From the human T2T-CHM13v2.0 reference genome, Homo sapiens, in the NCBI RefSeq assembly GCF_009914755.1, contig NC_060925.1: 64,000 nt of DNA, one strand, 5' to 3'. The notes below the pieces were generated by a model, which was given only the letters and a program-made list of their open reading frames with translations, ran no database searches and was not told where the DNA came from. Below, piece by piece: positions 25,510 to 39,149 of the stretch (within the stretch, counting starts at the first letter, position 1; each line of letters opens with the position of its first letter). Position numbers and translations under genes: made by a program.

Positions 25510-25796
25510 CTCACGTAGCAATTACTCACTGAGCCCTCGTTTGTGCCAAGGGTGGCAGTGCAGCAGAGGGTTCAGTCTAGTAGGGGAGACAGAGACAATT
25601 CAAGTACCCGCAAGACATGCAGATGACCACACGTGGTAATGAAGCGTATGGGGTGTGATGAGCACATAGGATCCAGGGTCTGACCTCACCTGGAGGTCAA
25701 GGTGGGCTTCCTGGAGGAGGTGATTTGGAGCCAAGAACCCAAAGGCTGGGAAGGAGCTGACCCCTGCTTGAGTAAATAGGGTGGGGAAGATAATTC
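25510..25796 (-). mobile_element. L2 fragment (continues briefly after MLT1H at ~27730)
   Basis: CAGTCTAGTAGGGGAGACAG...GGCTTCCTGGAGGAGGTGA typical of the L2 3' region. Confidence 0.7.
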
Positions 25797-26298
25797 TGTT
25801 GTAGTTATTTATTGCTGCATAACAAACTACTGTAAAATTCAGTGGCTTAAAACAACCATTTTATTTTGTTCATCATGTTGTGGGCCAGGAATTTGAGAAG
25901 GGCTCAGCTGGGCCACTTGGTGTCAGCCAGGAGCAATATTGGGGCTGGAGGGTCCCTTCCAAGATGACATCTTCACTGTTTGGCATTTTAGTGCTTCTTG
26001 GCTCTTTCTTCAGATGGCATCTCCTCCAGAACCTTCTGCATGCCTTTAGCTTCCTCACCAGATGATAGCATCGTGATAGATGGAGCTCTTACATGGAGGC
26101 ACAGGGCTGCAAGAGACTGTAAACTAAAAATAAAATCCCAAGCCCACAATCAACTAAAGGGACCCCCTCTTGGCCCAGGGACCCCAGAAAAACCTTAAAA
26201 ATGGAGTTCCCAGCCTTGACAGGGTAGGAAGTCCAATGTGCCTAGTTACACTGGCTTCCTTTTACAGTTCAGACATAACAGCTGACCTGCATTAATGT

Positions 26299-26596
26299 TT
26301 TTTTTTTTTTTTTGAGACGGAGTCTTGCTCTGTCACCCAGGCCGGAGTGCAGTGGCGCCATCTCGGCTCACTGCCAGCTCCACCTCCTGGGTTCACACCA
26401 TTCTCCTGCCTCAGCTTCCTGAGTAGCTGGGACTCCAGGTGCCTGCCACCATGCCCAGCTACTTTTTTTTGTATTTTTAGTAGAGACGGGGTTTCACTGT
26501 GTTAGCCAGGATGGTCTCGATCTCCTGACCTCGTGATCTGCCCATCTCGGCCTCCCAACGTGCTGGGATTACAGGCATGAACCATCGCGCCCAGCC
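26299..26596 (-). mobile_element. AluY
   Basis: GGGTTCACACCATTCTCC and GTGTTAGCCAGGATGGTCTCGATCTCC diagnostics; TSD CC(T/A)GC(A/G)TTAATGTT. Confidence 0.93.
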
Positions 26597-27211
26597 CCAG
26601 CGTTAATGTTAAAATAAAATAGAGATCATAAGGCTGACAGAACGAATTCTTTGTGGCAGTAAGATACCAAATTATAAACAGGACCTAACGCCATGCCAGG
26701 CAAGGGTTGAGTCACACAACCCTACACTTCAAGAATAATCCATGTTCTAATTGCCACAGGTTTTCTTTTTTCTCTATCAGCCAAACAAGCACTGACCTTG
26801 AGATAAGCAATGTTAGAGCAGTTACAGCTCACCAACCACCAGACACCGACTAACTGACTCCCAGTTCCACAAGCCATAACTACAGCTTTGATTGGACAAG
26901 GGACTGATTTCCGTAACTTTCTCCTGATAAGAAGACTACCTACCATGGTCAGTTTACAGAGACTGCACATTTAAATGCCTTCGTGACCACCTTCATGAAT
27001 ATTCATAGCTGCTCCTATAAACTGTTGAATATGTATGTTTGGCTAACCTATTCAGCTTAAATTTCTGTCTTATCCTGCCCTCCTTTGAAAGGCCTGGTAA
27101 TGCCTTTGGTAGGAGGCGATGCTTCCTAGCTTGTGAAATGGCCACCTTGCAGGCTGTAATCATTTATAAGAAACAAAGTCTCCTGTCCAATTTATAAACT
27201 GTGTGATTTTT

Positions 27212-27519
<308 letters not shown>

Positions 27520-27769
27520 TAAGTCCAGTGTAATTTTTAAGTTAACAACACCAAGGCAGAAGCTGCCAGACCCCTTGAAGTCTAGACTCAGACCTGGAAT
27601 AATGTCACCTCTACCATACTCAGTTGGTCAAAGCAGTCACAGGCCACCTCACATGCAGCGGGAAGGGACCTAGTGCCCACTTCTTGACTGAAGGAATAGC
27701 AAAGAATTCCATCTTTAACTTACCATACTTTCAAAGCAGAGGATATACTATGTATGTACACCGAACATT

Positions 27770-28400
27770 TGAATAGACTATGGTAAGTGCTATAGACAAA
27801 GAAAGTCCAGAGAACTGTTCTGGAAGTCAGGACGAGGAAACAGAGGGAGAACTCTTACCCAGTGAGAATGCAGCAGGGCCAAAAGTAAGGTGGGAAATCA
27901 GAGCAGACTTCCTGTAGGAGCAGGCACTCAAGCTAGGTCTGCAAGTTTAGCTGGGACATGGAGATGTGGAGATAAGTGCAAGGATATTCTCAGCCTAGGA
28001 AACAGTCTGAGCAAAGGGTTGACAGAGGTAAACCTCCGCCAAGGATCCTGGGGCCATGGGGGAGCTTGGATTGTCTGGAGCACTGGTCACCCTTTGGAAA
28101 GGAAGTTACGGGAGCCATGGCTGCAAGGGCAGGTTGTGGTTGATGGAGGAAAGGGGAAGACCCTTGAATTCCACGCTAAGTCCTTTTAGTGAGAGACCCT
28201 GGCAGATGCTGGGGAAGAAAGTCTTGGAGCTGAGAAAGGTTGGGGTCAGTGGCTAGAAGTGTGCAAGAAGGATAAGAATGGGGAGGGAAATATCTCAGCA
28301 GGGGGTCTGGGGAGGAGCAGGAGGTCATTTCATTAAGCAAGGACAGAGACGAGATGGAAGCCTGAACTAGAGTGGGGGCTGCTGAAGTGTGGAGGAGTGG
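27770..28400 (-). mobile_element. L2 remnant
   Basis: GGTAAGTGCTATAGA...GACTTCCTG..GGAG...GGAAACAGTCTGAGCAAAGG...GCCTGAACTAG. Confidence 0.55.
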
Positions 28401-28407
28401 CAGAGAA

Positions 28408-28645
28408 TAATAATACTAACAGCTATCATTGACTGAGAATTTCTACCACTCAGGCACTTTATACATGATCATATTTAAGTCTTACGGCCACTCTGTAAGG
28501 TAGGTACTATTGTTATCCACAATTTGCAGGCATATTGTTAAGGCTCAGAGAGGTAAAGAAACTTGTCCAAGATCACACAGTGAGTGGTAGAGTTGAGATT
28601 CCCAAGACTAAGTCTGCTCTTCTCCAGAGCCTATGCTTCTGATCT
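28408..28645 (-). mobile_element. MIR
   Basis: AATAATACTAACAGCTA...GTAGGTACTATTGTTATCC...AGGCTCAGAGAGGTAAAGAAACTTGTCCAAGATCACACAG. Confidence 0.8.
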
Positions 28646-29094
28646 CTGTTCTGTTAGAGGAAAGAATTGGCTCAGTAATTGTTCCTATAGGACTGAAGGT
28701 GGGGAGAACAAGAGAGAAAAAGGTAGACCTGAGATGATATCATGATGTCTGCTCTGATTACCAGAGGGGCGGCTGGACACCTCAGAAGACTTGAGGACCC
28801 ACAAGTGGTGACTTTGGGTGCGTGGTTTCCTGGGCTAGGGGTTGGGGGGAGTGTCTGGGGAGTTGGTTTGGATGGGTGGGTTCAAGGGGCATGTGGGCTA
28901 TAGGTGGGTGTACAGGAGGGAGGAGGCTCCAGAAGGCATCTACAAAGGGAGAAGGCATGGCAATTGGAAGGAGTGGAATGGACTCTGAGGGCTGGCAGGG
29001 ATCAGAGAGGGTGAGCAGCTTGCCCAAGGTCACACAGTGACTGAGGAGCAGACAGAGAAGGGCTCCTGACTCCATCCTGTGCCTTCTAAAGACA

Positions 29095-29690
29095 CTAAAA
29101 GCACAGGCTTTGGACAGAGCTATGTCCAAATCCCAGTTCCATCACTGAGCCTTTGGGCCGGTTACTCCACGTATTAGAGCATTCTCATGGTACTATAAAG
29201 AACTGCCTGAGATTGGGTAATTTATAAAGGAAAGAGGTTTAATTGACTCACAGTTCCACAGGGCTGAGGAGGCCTCAGGAAACTTACGATCCTGGCAGAA
29301 GGGGTAGCAAACACGTCTTTTTCACATGGCGGCAGGAAGGAGAAGTGCCGAGCAAAGGGGAAAAGCTCCTTATAAAACCATCAGATCTTGTGAGAACTCA
29401 CTCACTATCCTGAGAACAGCATCAGGGTAACAGCCCCCATGATTCAATTACCTCCCAGCGGGTCCCTCCCACGACACATGGGGATTATGGGAACTACAAT
29501 TCAAGATGAGATTAGGGTGGGGACAGAGCGAGATCGTATCACTTCACTCTCTGAGTCTCAGTTTCCCATCTGTAAAATGGGGGGAAGTATTGCCTTCTTC
29601 ATAGGAACGCAGTGAAAATTAAATGAGGTAATGTGAAGTGCTTAAACAGCCAGGCACTCTGTCAACAGTTGATAACGGTTGGCTGCTGTC
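29095..29690 (+). mobile_element. MIR split by a THE1 LTR
   Basis: GGCTTTGGACAGA...TTTGGGCCGGTTACT | CTCTCTGAGTCTCAGTTTCCCATCTGTAAAATGGGG. Confidence 0.75.
29170..29541 (-). mobile_element. THE1C-like MaLR solo LTR
   Basis: GGGTAATTTATAAAGGAAAGAGGTTTAATTGACTCACAGTTCC...AATTCAAGATGAGATT.GGGTGGGGACA; 5-bp TSD CTCCA/CTTCA. Confidence 0.92.
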
Positions 29691-29719
29691 GTCATTTGTG
29701 TCCATTACTTCACTGTCAT

Positions 29720-29940
29720 AGTTCTGTGGCTAGAAATGTAGACTCTGGACCCATCGATCTGAATTCTAACATTGTCACTTACCAACTGTGTGACCTTGGG
29801 CAGGTTGCTGAAGCTCTCTGTGCCTCAGTTTTCTCACCTACAAAATGGGGATGATATTGATACCAACTTTTTAGAGTTGTTGGGAAGAGTAAATGCATTA
29901 ACGTGTGAAACGTACTTAAATGACTGACACACAGTAGCTA
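29720..29940 (+). mobile_element. MIR
   Basis: CTGTGTGACCTTGGGCAGG...TGTGCCTCAGTTTTCTCACCTACAAAATGGGGAT. Confidence 0.85.
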
Positions 29941-30279
29941 CCTGATATAATCTTCCTCACCATAATATTACCATCCACCTCCTCACCACCATCTTCGATC
30001 AGCGAGGGGTAGAGTCTCTTTCTTCCTGGTGACTCTTACCCACCCCCCCGTCTCCTCTGAATGACTATTGCACCCACCCCCACCCACTGCCGCCTGGCCT
30101 GGCCCTCAGAGCAAGCCATTGTTGATCTGTAAGGATGCACAGAGAAAATGTGGCCTGCTGGACCCTGAGCTGCTGTGCCAGGGAGGAGGGTGGAAGCCTT
30201 GAGGCCAGTTCCCTCAGAGGATCATCCCTCAGGGGTCATCCAGGTCATCAGGCTAGTCAGGGCTGAGGGGAAGAGCACT

Positions 30280-30450
30280 AGAGCTCCTACTGTGTGCCAG
30301 GCACCCCATATAAATTATTACGTTTATTCCTCATAGCCCTCCATACAGTAGATATTGTATTTCCATTTCACAGATGAGAAAACTGAGGCTCAGAGAGGTA
30401 AAGAACTTGCCCAGGCCCACAGCATGTCAGCAGCAGGGCTGGATCTGAGC
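30280..30450 (-). mobile_element. MIR
   Basis: CCATTTCACAGATGAGAAAACTGAGGCTCAGAGAGGTAAAG. Confidence 0.85.
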
Positions 30451-33359
30451 ACAGTATTGCCAGGCTTACTGTCTGGCATCGTTCCCAGCAGGCAGCATGT
30501 GCTAAATGGGTATCTAGGTCTCTGCAAAGCCACTGCTGGGCTCTGGGTCTCCAGGCTGTCTCCCAGACCCCTACCCATTACAGGAACCCCTTTAGGGGAC
30601 TGGCAGACTCTGGATCGGATACCAGAGACTATGAGTGTTTCCTCTTATAGAAAATGACCTCTTGAAAGTGGGAATTATCAGGCTTCTCTGAGGACTCCTG
30701 GAAGATCCCAGTGGGGCTGAGACCCACCAAGATTGGGGTTGCAGGCTCAGGAGACCTGGGATCTCCTTCAGGCTCCCCTGCTCACAGTTTTGAGGCCTGC
30801 TGTCTCTGGGCCTCAGTTTCCTTCTCTGTACAATTAGGGAGCTTGGACCAGATGGTTATTATTTTAACAATAACAGTAGCAGCTGGGACTTACTGGGTCT
30901 TGCTGTAGGCTTGCCCAGCAATGAGAATTCTACATGTGTTATTATCACACTTCCTTCCAAGGCATGATCTATTACCCCATTTTATAGATGAGAAAACTGA
31001 TCCCAGAAAGGTTAGGTGACTCGATCCCAAAATATAGCCCAAAGCTTGTACCCTTTGTTTCTACCAGTTCCTTCGCATCAGGAGAGGGAACCCTCTGTGG
31101 CCCCCAAACAGTGATCATCTCCTCTCCGTCCATATTCACAGTGCAAGCAGATCTGTTCTTGAGTGCAGATGTAACAGTGTGAGGGGGGAGAAGAACAGGG
31201 ACGTTGAGTTGCCAAGAGCAAGGGGCAGCCAGTGCAGGAGGGGACTGGATAAGCATCCTCCACCTCTCATGCTGACTCCCTACCCCGCCCCTCCTCCAAC
31301 CTGGCTGGCCTCTCCCTGACCCCCGTCTTGCAGGAATCTTAGCAAACGCCAAGCTCACCTTCTGTCCTGGGGCTTGCTCAGCTCAAAAGATCAAACAGTG
31401 GGAGATGGTGTCCTGGGCAGATCTGTCCTGGACAGTCAATCAGGGGGCAGCAGCCAGATGTGGAGCCTCCTTCCTGCTGAGGAACTGGGTCTCCTGGAGA
31501 GGAAGCAGAGGACTCAGTTCTCTCAGCCTTCCTTCTGGGACTGTCACCTCTGGTCATTCATCACTGTTATTTCTGCAGGGAGGGTGGGTGGCTGAGAGAG
31601 TGGGTTGTCGATGGGGCTGGTGGCTGGGTTCCAATTGGGACTCACTGTTTGCCACCCGTGGGGCCTCGGGCTAGTCACTGTGCACCTCTGACCTGCTCAC
31701 CTGCAAAGTGGTGGCATCATGTCCCTGCCTTGTTGGGGCTGTGGGGAGACTCAGTGGGATAATAGCGGTGTAAATGGCTTTGCTCATCACCTGCACGTGA
31801 CAAATGCCTGCTCATGGGATTACCAGCCGTCCAGTGCACCAAATGCCTTCCAACCTTGCATAGAGGAGAAGCATCCCAGGCTCCCCACGGAGACTCAGGG
31901 AAAGGAAGCCCGTCGCAGTGGTGACAGGGGCAAGCTCGGTGGGAAAGTAGGGGACCGTATCCCCGGGCCCTGTCTGCTGCTAGTCACTGGGGTGGGGCTT
32001 TCAGGGTCTCAGCTTTATCCTCAGCGCAGCTCTGTGACATGGATGTCACCAGCCCTGTCTTATAGATAAGGAATCAAAGGCTCAGGGAGGATCATATGGC
32101 AGGGAGGGATTCATTCATCACCCAAGGGCTCCTTCCACTGACGACATTCTCAGGGCTGCCCGGGAACCAAGAGGTGGAGATAAGTATCTGGTCTGCCATT
32201 GGTGGGGCACTTACAGTGCTGAATGCTCTGCTACACCCACCCCATGGTTACTGACCCCTCACAAGCAGCTGATGACAGGGGCTGTTATCACCCCATTTTA
32301 CAGATGTGGACACTGAGGCTCAAGAGCTTATGTGGCATTCCTAGGGCATGGCTGCTCAGTGTCGGAACCAAGACTTGGACTCTGCATCTGACAGCAGAGT
32401 CCACCCTCCTATCCACCCCTCTAGGCCCCCAGCTACTGTCCCTCTGATCCCTGGAGTCCATGGCCTGGTGGGGGAGCAGCCAGTGAGTACTGTGGCAGGA
32501 CTTAAACCTGGGTCTGTTTGACCCAGACCTGAGCCCTTAGCCCCAGTGATCCTGGTCTTTAGGAAGCGAGCCCTGGGCAGAGCTGAGCAGCCCCAGAGCC
32601 TGAGCCCAAGGCAAGGGCCTTTCCTTGAACTAGACTATCCAGTCACTACAGTCCAGCCTCCCTGACCACCACTCCAGTGGAGTCCTGAACATAGGCTAAG
32701 CTTGGGTTGGAGTCCTGTGTGAGCTAGGAAAAGTCTCCAAGCCCCGAAGAGAACGAATGACCTCCTCCCTACAGGATTGCTGTGGGAATGACAGGAGATG
32801 AAATGTGAGGGAGCATCCCTCAGCTCACCTGTCAGGTGGATTAATGAGCTGTGTCCTGTAGGACTGTAGTGAGGACCAGATTGGATGCTGCACATGGGGG
32901 AACCTGGCACAGGACCTGGAACTCCTACAGGGCTCAACATAGGTCCCTTTGTCCTCCTGCCTTGGCCTGGCCCCCCAGCTCTGGCCTAGACTCCCGAGTC
33001 CCTTGCAGGCTTTTCTCTACTTTGCTCCTGGCTCTGAGGTCCCTTGGGTCTCACATCTACCTCTGAACACCAAGGTCATGTAGGGCCCTGGCCTCCTGGG
33101 CTGTCCAGGATGCAGAGGAGATCCAGGTGGGGTACAGAGCTGCAGGGTCATGTGGGAAGGATGGCCTCCAGGGCCCTGCATAGTCTGATTTCACCCATCC
33201 TTCCACCCCATCCCCCTGCCCAGCTTCAGGCTGCTCCCTCCCGTTTTCAGTTCCCAGGATGTGGAGGAGTCTCTCTCCAACTTCAGACCCTAAGACATTC
33301 CTTGCTTCCTCTGCCCTTCATGCCTCCCTACCCCTGTGGCCTTCTCCGGGCTCCCGCAA

Positions 33360-33560
33360 CTATTTGCACCCCCCATCATAGCACTTAAATATTTTGTGCG
33401 ATTGTGGGTTTATTCGTGGTCTCCCCCACCCTGCTGGGGGCATTTTGCAGGTGGAGACTGTGGCTTGTTGACAGCTGTATGCACAGAAGGCAGCCCAGGG
33501 CCTGGCACTCAGTCAGATGAATGAATGAATGAATGAATGAATGAATGAATGAATGAATGG
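33360..33560 (+). mobile_element. L2 3' end with expanded (GAAT)n tail
   Basis: CCCAGGGCCTGGCAC followed by about 10 GAAT units at 33519-33558. Confidence 0.7.
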
Positions 33561-33744
33561 ATGGGTGGGTGAATGGATGGAGGAATGAAAAAAACTGCGA
33601 TGTTGCCTTCAAGTAAACGTTTCATGAATGAGTAAGTGACAAGCATCATTCTTTCAAATACTTAAAGAGCTGCCTTAGGGCAAAGGGAGAAAGGACAAAG
33701 TGATCCTGTGTAGCCCCGGGAATTGTATTTAGGGCAGAATAAAT

Positions 33745-33895
33745 GTCACAGAGGCAGATTTCAGCTGAAGGCTAAGGAAAGGCTTTCTAACAGGGCTCTC
33801 TCAATATGGTGGGTGACTTGCAGGGAGTAAGCTCTCCATCACAGGAGGTATGTAAGCAGAGGCCTGGCAGTGAGGTCTGGTGTCAGTGGCCTAAG
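33745..33895 (+). mobile_element. L3/CR1 3' fragment
   Basis: GAGGCAGATTTCAGCT...AAGGAAAGGCTTTCTAACA...GTAAGCTCTCCATCACAGGAGGTATGTAAGCAGAGGC. Confidence 0.65.
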
Positions 33896-34534
33896 AGGTA
33901 TTTCAGTACTGCACTTGTCAGTCTGGAGTCCTGGCATCAGGGGGTTGTGTGGCCCACTTCTGGGATGATGTGGAACATTTGTTGAGTGTCCTTGTTCCCC
34001 TGGCCTTTGATGGGGACAGGACATAGAAGGAGAACATCTTATTGGGGTCTATAAAGGGCTGGAGGCACCTCATATCTCCATTTGCCTGGAAAGTGCCAGA
34101 CATCTGGTCTCCCAAGACTGTGGACAGGGTAGGGCTGGGACAGAGGCTGTTGCAGGCTTTGGGGTGGGAGGAGAAGGAGGAAGGGGGTACAGAGTAGCCT
34201 AGAGGAAAGAGGCAGCTTGGGTGCAGGAGCTGAGCCTGTCCTGGGTCATAGAAGTGCTGGGTGCAGGTCCTGGCAACTCTGGCATCACACTGGCTCGTGC
34301 CTTTGGGCTCATCACTTCCCTTCCCTGAGTGTGAGCTCCACTGTCTGTCAAAGGAGAGGCAGACTCAGCGCTCCCCAGCAGTCAGGAGTACCTGTTGATG
34401 CTGTGTGTCCTTGGGCAGGTCACTTAATCTCTCTGAGCCTTTGCTTCCACATCTAGAAGTAGAGCTAACAGCAGCCACCCCCACAATCCACAGGGTCATT
34501 CTGGAAACCAAGACATATCTGTGATGGAATGTCC

Positions 34535-34636
34535 CTTTTTTCTTCTCCCTCCCCCCTCCCCACTTCCTTCCTCCCTTCCTCCCTCCCTCCCCTCCTCCCC
34601 TCCTTCTCCCTTCCTCCCTTCCTCCCTTCCTTCCTT
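34535..34636. repeat. (CCCT/CCTT)n low-complexity tract
   Basis: Pyrimidine-only run. Confidence 0.85.
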
Positions 34637-34682
34637 AATCTTTGTTGTGCACCTACTATGTTCTTCGAAAAGCCTGAACTGA

Positions 34683-35048
<366 letters not shown>

Positions 35049-35889
35049 TCACCTCCCTGTGCAGCACATCCCTCCTGCTCTGTGACCTGTGGGATGGGGA
35101 TGGGGACTCCTGCTCTGAGTGCAGACACGGCCTCCTGGGAGCCATGTGCTTGGAGCTGTTCAGGGACCACAGGCCCAGCTCTCATTAAATTCTTCACTCC
35201 AGTCTGTACTGCAGGAGACCTCAGAAAAGGCAGGTTTCATGAATGAAACATCAAAATGTTTACCAAGCAGTAAACACCTGACAGCAGTCCTGGTTTCCTG
35301 GACGAGGTGACACAGGTGCCCGGTGGACCTGGTTCCTCTGGATGCTCCCTTGGGAACCTCTGGGCATAGCCTCATGGCTGGTGCCACCCCCCATCCCTGA
35401 GCATGGGGACCCGTGGGAACCCTGTATTGAGCACCCCTGTGCGGGGACTCACCGAGCGTGGGACAGGGCTGTGGTCACCCCAGGTACAGAGGAGCCACCG
35501 GGTCACAGGGGCCAAGCCACAGCCCAGGGCCCCAGCGAAAAGGCAGTGGGGCCAGGAGGGGATTGAGGCAGGCTGGTTTGGAGCCCACCACAGGCCTCAG
35601 CTCTGCTGGTGGATGAGGGTCAGGGAAGTTTGCAGGTGGACAGAGGCAGGAAGGCTAAATTGCCCTCTTAGGCTGGGCACCAAGCAGACCCTTGACACCC
35701 CTCATCTCTAGCCTCCCACCTTCCCTGTGAGATGGGCATCATGCTGTTCCCCAGCCAAGGAAACCAAGGTTCTGAGGTCACCCAAGGCCACATGGAAGTG
35801 GGAGAGGACAAGGACAGGCGGAAGGGTGGACAGGCCAGGCCAATCTCTTGTGTGTGTTTCTCTGTTGCTCTCTTTCTGTACCTACCCAT

Positions 35890-35919
35890 TCTCTCTCTCC
35901 CTTTCTTTCTCTCTCTCTC

Positions 35920-35976
<57 letters not shown>

Positions 35977-35984
35977 ACACACAC
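35890..35984. repeat. Compound (CT)n(CA)n microsatellite
   Basis: More than 25 uninterrupted CA units from ~35922, preceded by CT runs. Confidence 0.95.
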
Positions 35985-38900
35985 TCTTCCCCAGTGGCTT
36001 CTGGCCCCTCTCCTAGCCCCTTCCCACTGCCTGGGTGCCCGGCCCTTCTCTGGGCAGAAACCCAGGGGCTGGCCGGGCTCCAGGTGTCTATTTTGCTCTG
36101 GCCCAGACACAGAAGCAGAGCAGGAGCCCCTGAGTGTGGGGAGCAGGGGCAGAGCCAGAACTCAGTGGGAGCGTCCTGGCCTGGACCTGAACCTGCGAGG
36201 AAGGTTTGGATTTTCAAAGCTAAGGCATGCTGCATGTTTTACTTTAAGTGTTTTCTTGTTCCTTCTCACTGGCTGGTGCCTCCCTCCCTCCCAGGTCACG
36301 AAAAGATGTTCCATCAAAAGCAAAGAGGTGATCGCACAGTTTTAAGTGTCAAAGTCAAAGCTCCATCAACGTGATCACATTGAATTCTCTGAGCCCGGTA
36401 AGGTCAGGTCATTGCTCCCATTTACAACCAAGAAAACCAAGGCCAAGGTGGGAAGTGAATTGCTGGAGGCCACAAGTTCATTCCATTACTAAGTCACCCA
36501 GACCTCTGCCCTGACCTCTAGCCCTTCCTCTTCCCCACTGTCCCATGACAGCTCTGAAATCAGCTCTGGTTTTTTTTTTTTTGGTCTTTAAGACAATAAT
36601 AATCTGTGAAGTATGTTGGGAAGGTCCTAGGGGACCAGCCAGGCACAAATAAGGAAGCTGGTCCTTGCCAGTGGTCACTTCCTGAATGTGGTGGTGGCCA
36701 GTACTGGGGTGACTCTCTGAGGGGCAAGATGAGGTGTTGATATATGACTTCCTTGGGCTCAGCCAGAGCTGTCTCCAGCCTCCAGAAGGGTGACCAGACT
36801 CCAGAACTTTTTCTTACCCAGAAAGCCCCGGTGCTCCCTTCACTAAGAGCATTCAGGCTCCGTGACTTTCTTCTCAGGGTCATGGGGTCTTCAGGCTGCC
36901 CTGGGTCCAGCCCCACCCAATGCAATTCTGCCTGCACACCCGGGGGTGAGCCCAACCCCCGCCTCTCCTTTCTGGGCAGTACTGGGGACTCCTGGAGGCC
37001 GGGCTGAGTGTGCTTCACTCTCTGTAGGGAAAGTATCCCTGGGAGGCTCTGGGGCCCTCAGGGAAGGGGCTGATGGGGGCCAGTCCTTGCCCTCCTATGG
37101 AGCCAGCATCCCTTTGAGCTTGCCTCTGGGGTCTTCTGGGACAAAGTCCAGGAAATTGGAGCTAATAAGGCCGGTCTTATGGGTCATGATCAGGATTCAA
37201 GAGTCAGAGTGTCTAGTCCTGTCCATGCTTGGCTATTATTAGCCCTCTGACCTTCTTTGTGCCTCAGTTTCTGCCTCTGTAAAATGGGGATAATCATTGC
37301 TTTCTGGTAGGCTTGTTGTGAGCAGTAAATGGATGAATTCGTGTGAATCCTGAAGGCAGTGCCCGGTGCCTCGATGGTCAGCGTTCAGTGAGTCGCAGTG
37401 TTGTTGTTATTGTTCTTATTTGGCACCACGTTTCCAGGCACAGTTTGCAGGATGACAGCTCGGGGAAGTAGCTAGAGCTTCTGATTTTCATGTTTAATGC
37501 ATCTAAGTTTAGGGCTTGGAGCAGGAGAGGACATCGCCATCTGGAGGCAGAGACTCAGTTCTCTGCATCCAACTGAGATGCACTGAAATGCTTCCATTGG
37601 CAACTGGGGAGCAGGCATGAAGACAGGGCCAGATGGGACCCCCAGGGATAAGGAAATGAGGTGGAGGGACATAGACGGGCAGCAGCGGGGCAGCTGGCCA
37701 GAGAGGCTCCCTTCAGCCCCCACACCTTCCCTCCACTGAGTGAGTCAACCTGGGCAGGCCCCAGAAACTGGAACATTGAAAAGAACATTAGTGTCCAGCA
37801 TGTCCCCCATTTTACAGATGAGGCCCCAAGAGTGGAAGATCCTTGCCCAAGGTTATACAGCAAATCATTGTCCAGGCTAGGCTGAGGCCCCAGGTTTCCT
37901 GACTCCCTGTCTAGTGCCCTTTCTCCTTAGAGAGTCAGGAGAGATGAAACTGAGAGGGGCAGGGCTGACCCCCAGGGCTCCTTAACCTAGGGGTCTCTGA
38001 GAGAGGCAGGGCTGACCTCTGGGGCTACTTAGAAGCCATCAACCCAGGGTTCTCTGGGTGGAGCTTGTGACCTGGACCTCATTATCAGGGTAGGTGAATG
38101 ACTCCTGTCAGTCAGATGGGGATGCTGAGGCTGAGAGAGGGCCAGGCTGGCTCAGGTGGCTTGGCAGGTAAGCAACAGGCAGGGTCTTAGGTTAAGAGCT
38201 CTTATCTCTAAGCACAGCCAGCATCCCCGAGCTGATACCTTTCATTTAAAATCTCACCTAGAGCTTTGGAGACAAAGCCGATTTTATTACAGCTTTCATG
38301 TCTTGCACAAACCATGCCCACACGCCTGTCGTCTTGTAATTATTCTTGTACCTCTCTCTGTCTCTGGGGTCTCGAGGCTCCTCCAGGCTTGTGCAGCCTC
38401 TCCTCCCACTGCCAGGCTCCCAGGGCTAACCCTCAGTGTGGCATAAAGTGCTGCATTATTTATTTCCTAATAAAAAGACAGCTTGGGTGACCCGATGGGA
38501 GATTAAAATGGATTTACTATGAGATGATTGACCATAAAACTGCAGGTTAAATCAACATGAGACGAGGTGGGGGACAAGGAGATAGAAAGTAAAGGACAGG
38601 AGCTGCTGGTGACATTAGTCAAGGGGGTTCACATTCGCACAGGTGACCAGGATTACTGTTGCCTTCAAGCTTCCTTCCAGAGAAGGCTGTGGGGGTGGCC
38701 TGGAACGAATTCTCCCACTGTGTGGCTCCAGGTGCGTCCCTTATAGTCTCAGAACCTCAGCTTCCCTATTTACTGAATACAGAGACCGAAGTAGAGGCTT
38801 CTTGCTTGGTATGAGTGGAAAGAGCATGGTCTCTGACACCAGATAGGCTGGGGCCTGGGTTCCAGCGTGCTGGGTCCCGGGAGTGGCACTAGGCAGACAA

Positions 38901-39149
38901 CTTCTCGAAAGTTCTCTTTTCTTTCCATGGAGATGGCAGTAATAATGGTGATGTTCGTGATAATGATGATGATTATTATTCTAGTAATAATAATAATAAT
39001 AGTGATAGCATAGCTAACATTCATCAACGGCTTAACTACACTTTAATACACTTAGAAAAACATCACGTGTTCTTAGTCTTTCACATACATAGAATCATAC
39101 AGCCCTCACAACCACCCTGTGGGTACTATTGTTATTTCCATCTTGCAGA

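Noticed and set aside
33519-33558. (GAAT)n array as a satellite or CRISPR-like repeat
   Set aside because: It is the expanded 3' tail of an L2 element with no spacers, in eukaryotic DNA.
35668-36374. ORFs up to 215 aa with THTH/CVCV runs
   Set aside because: They are products of the (CA)n microsatellite.
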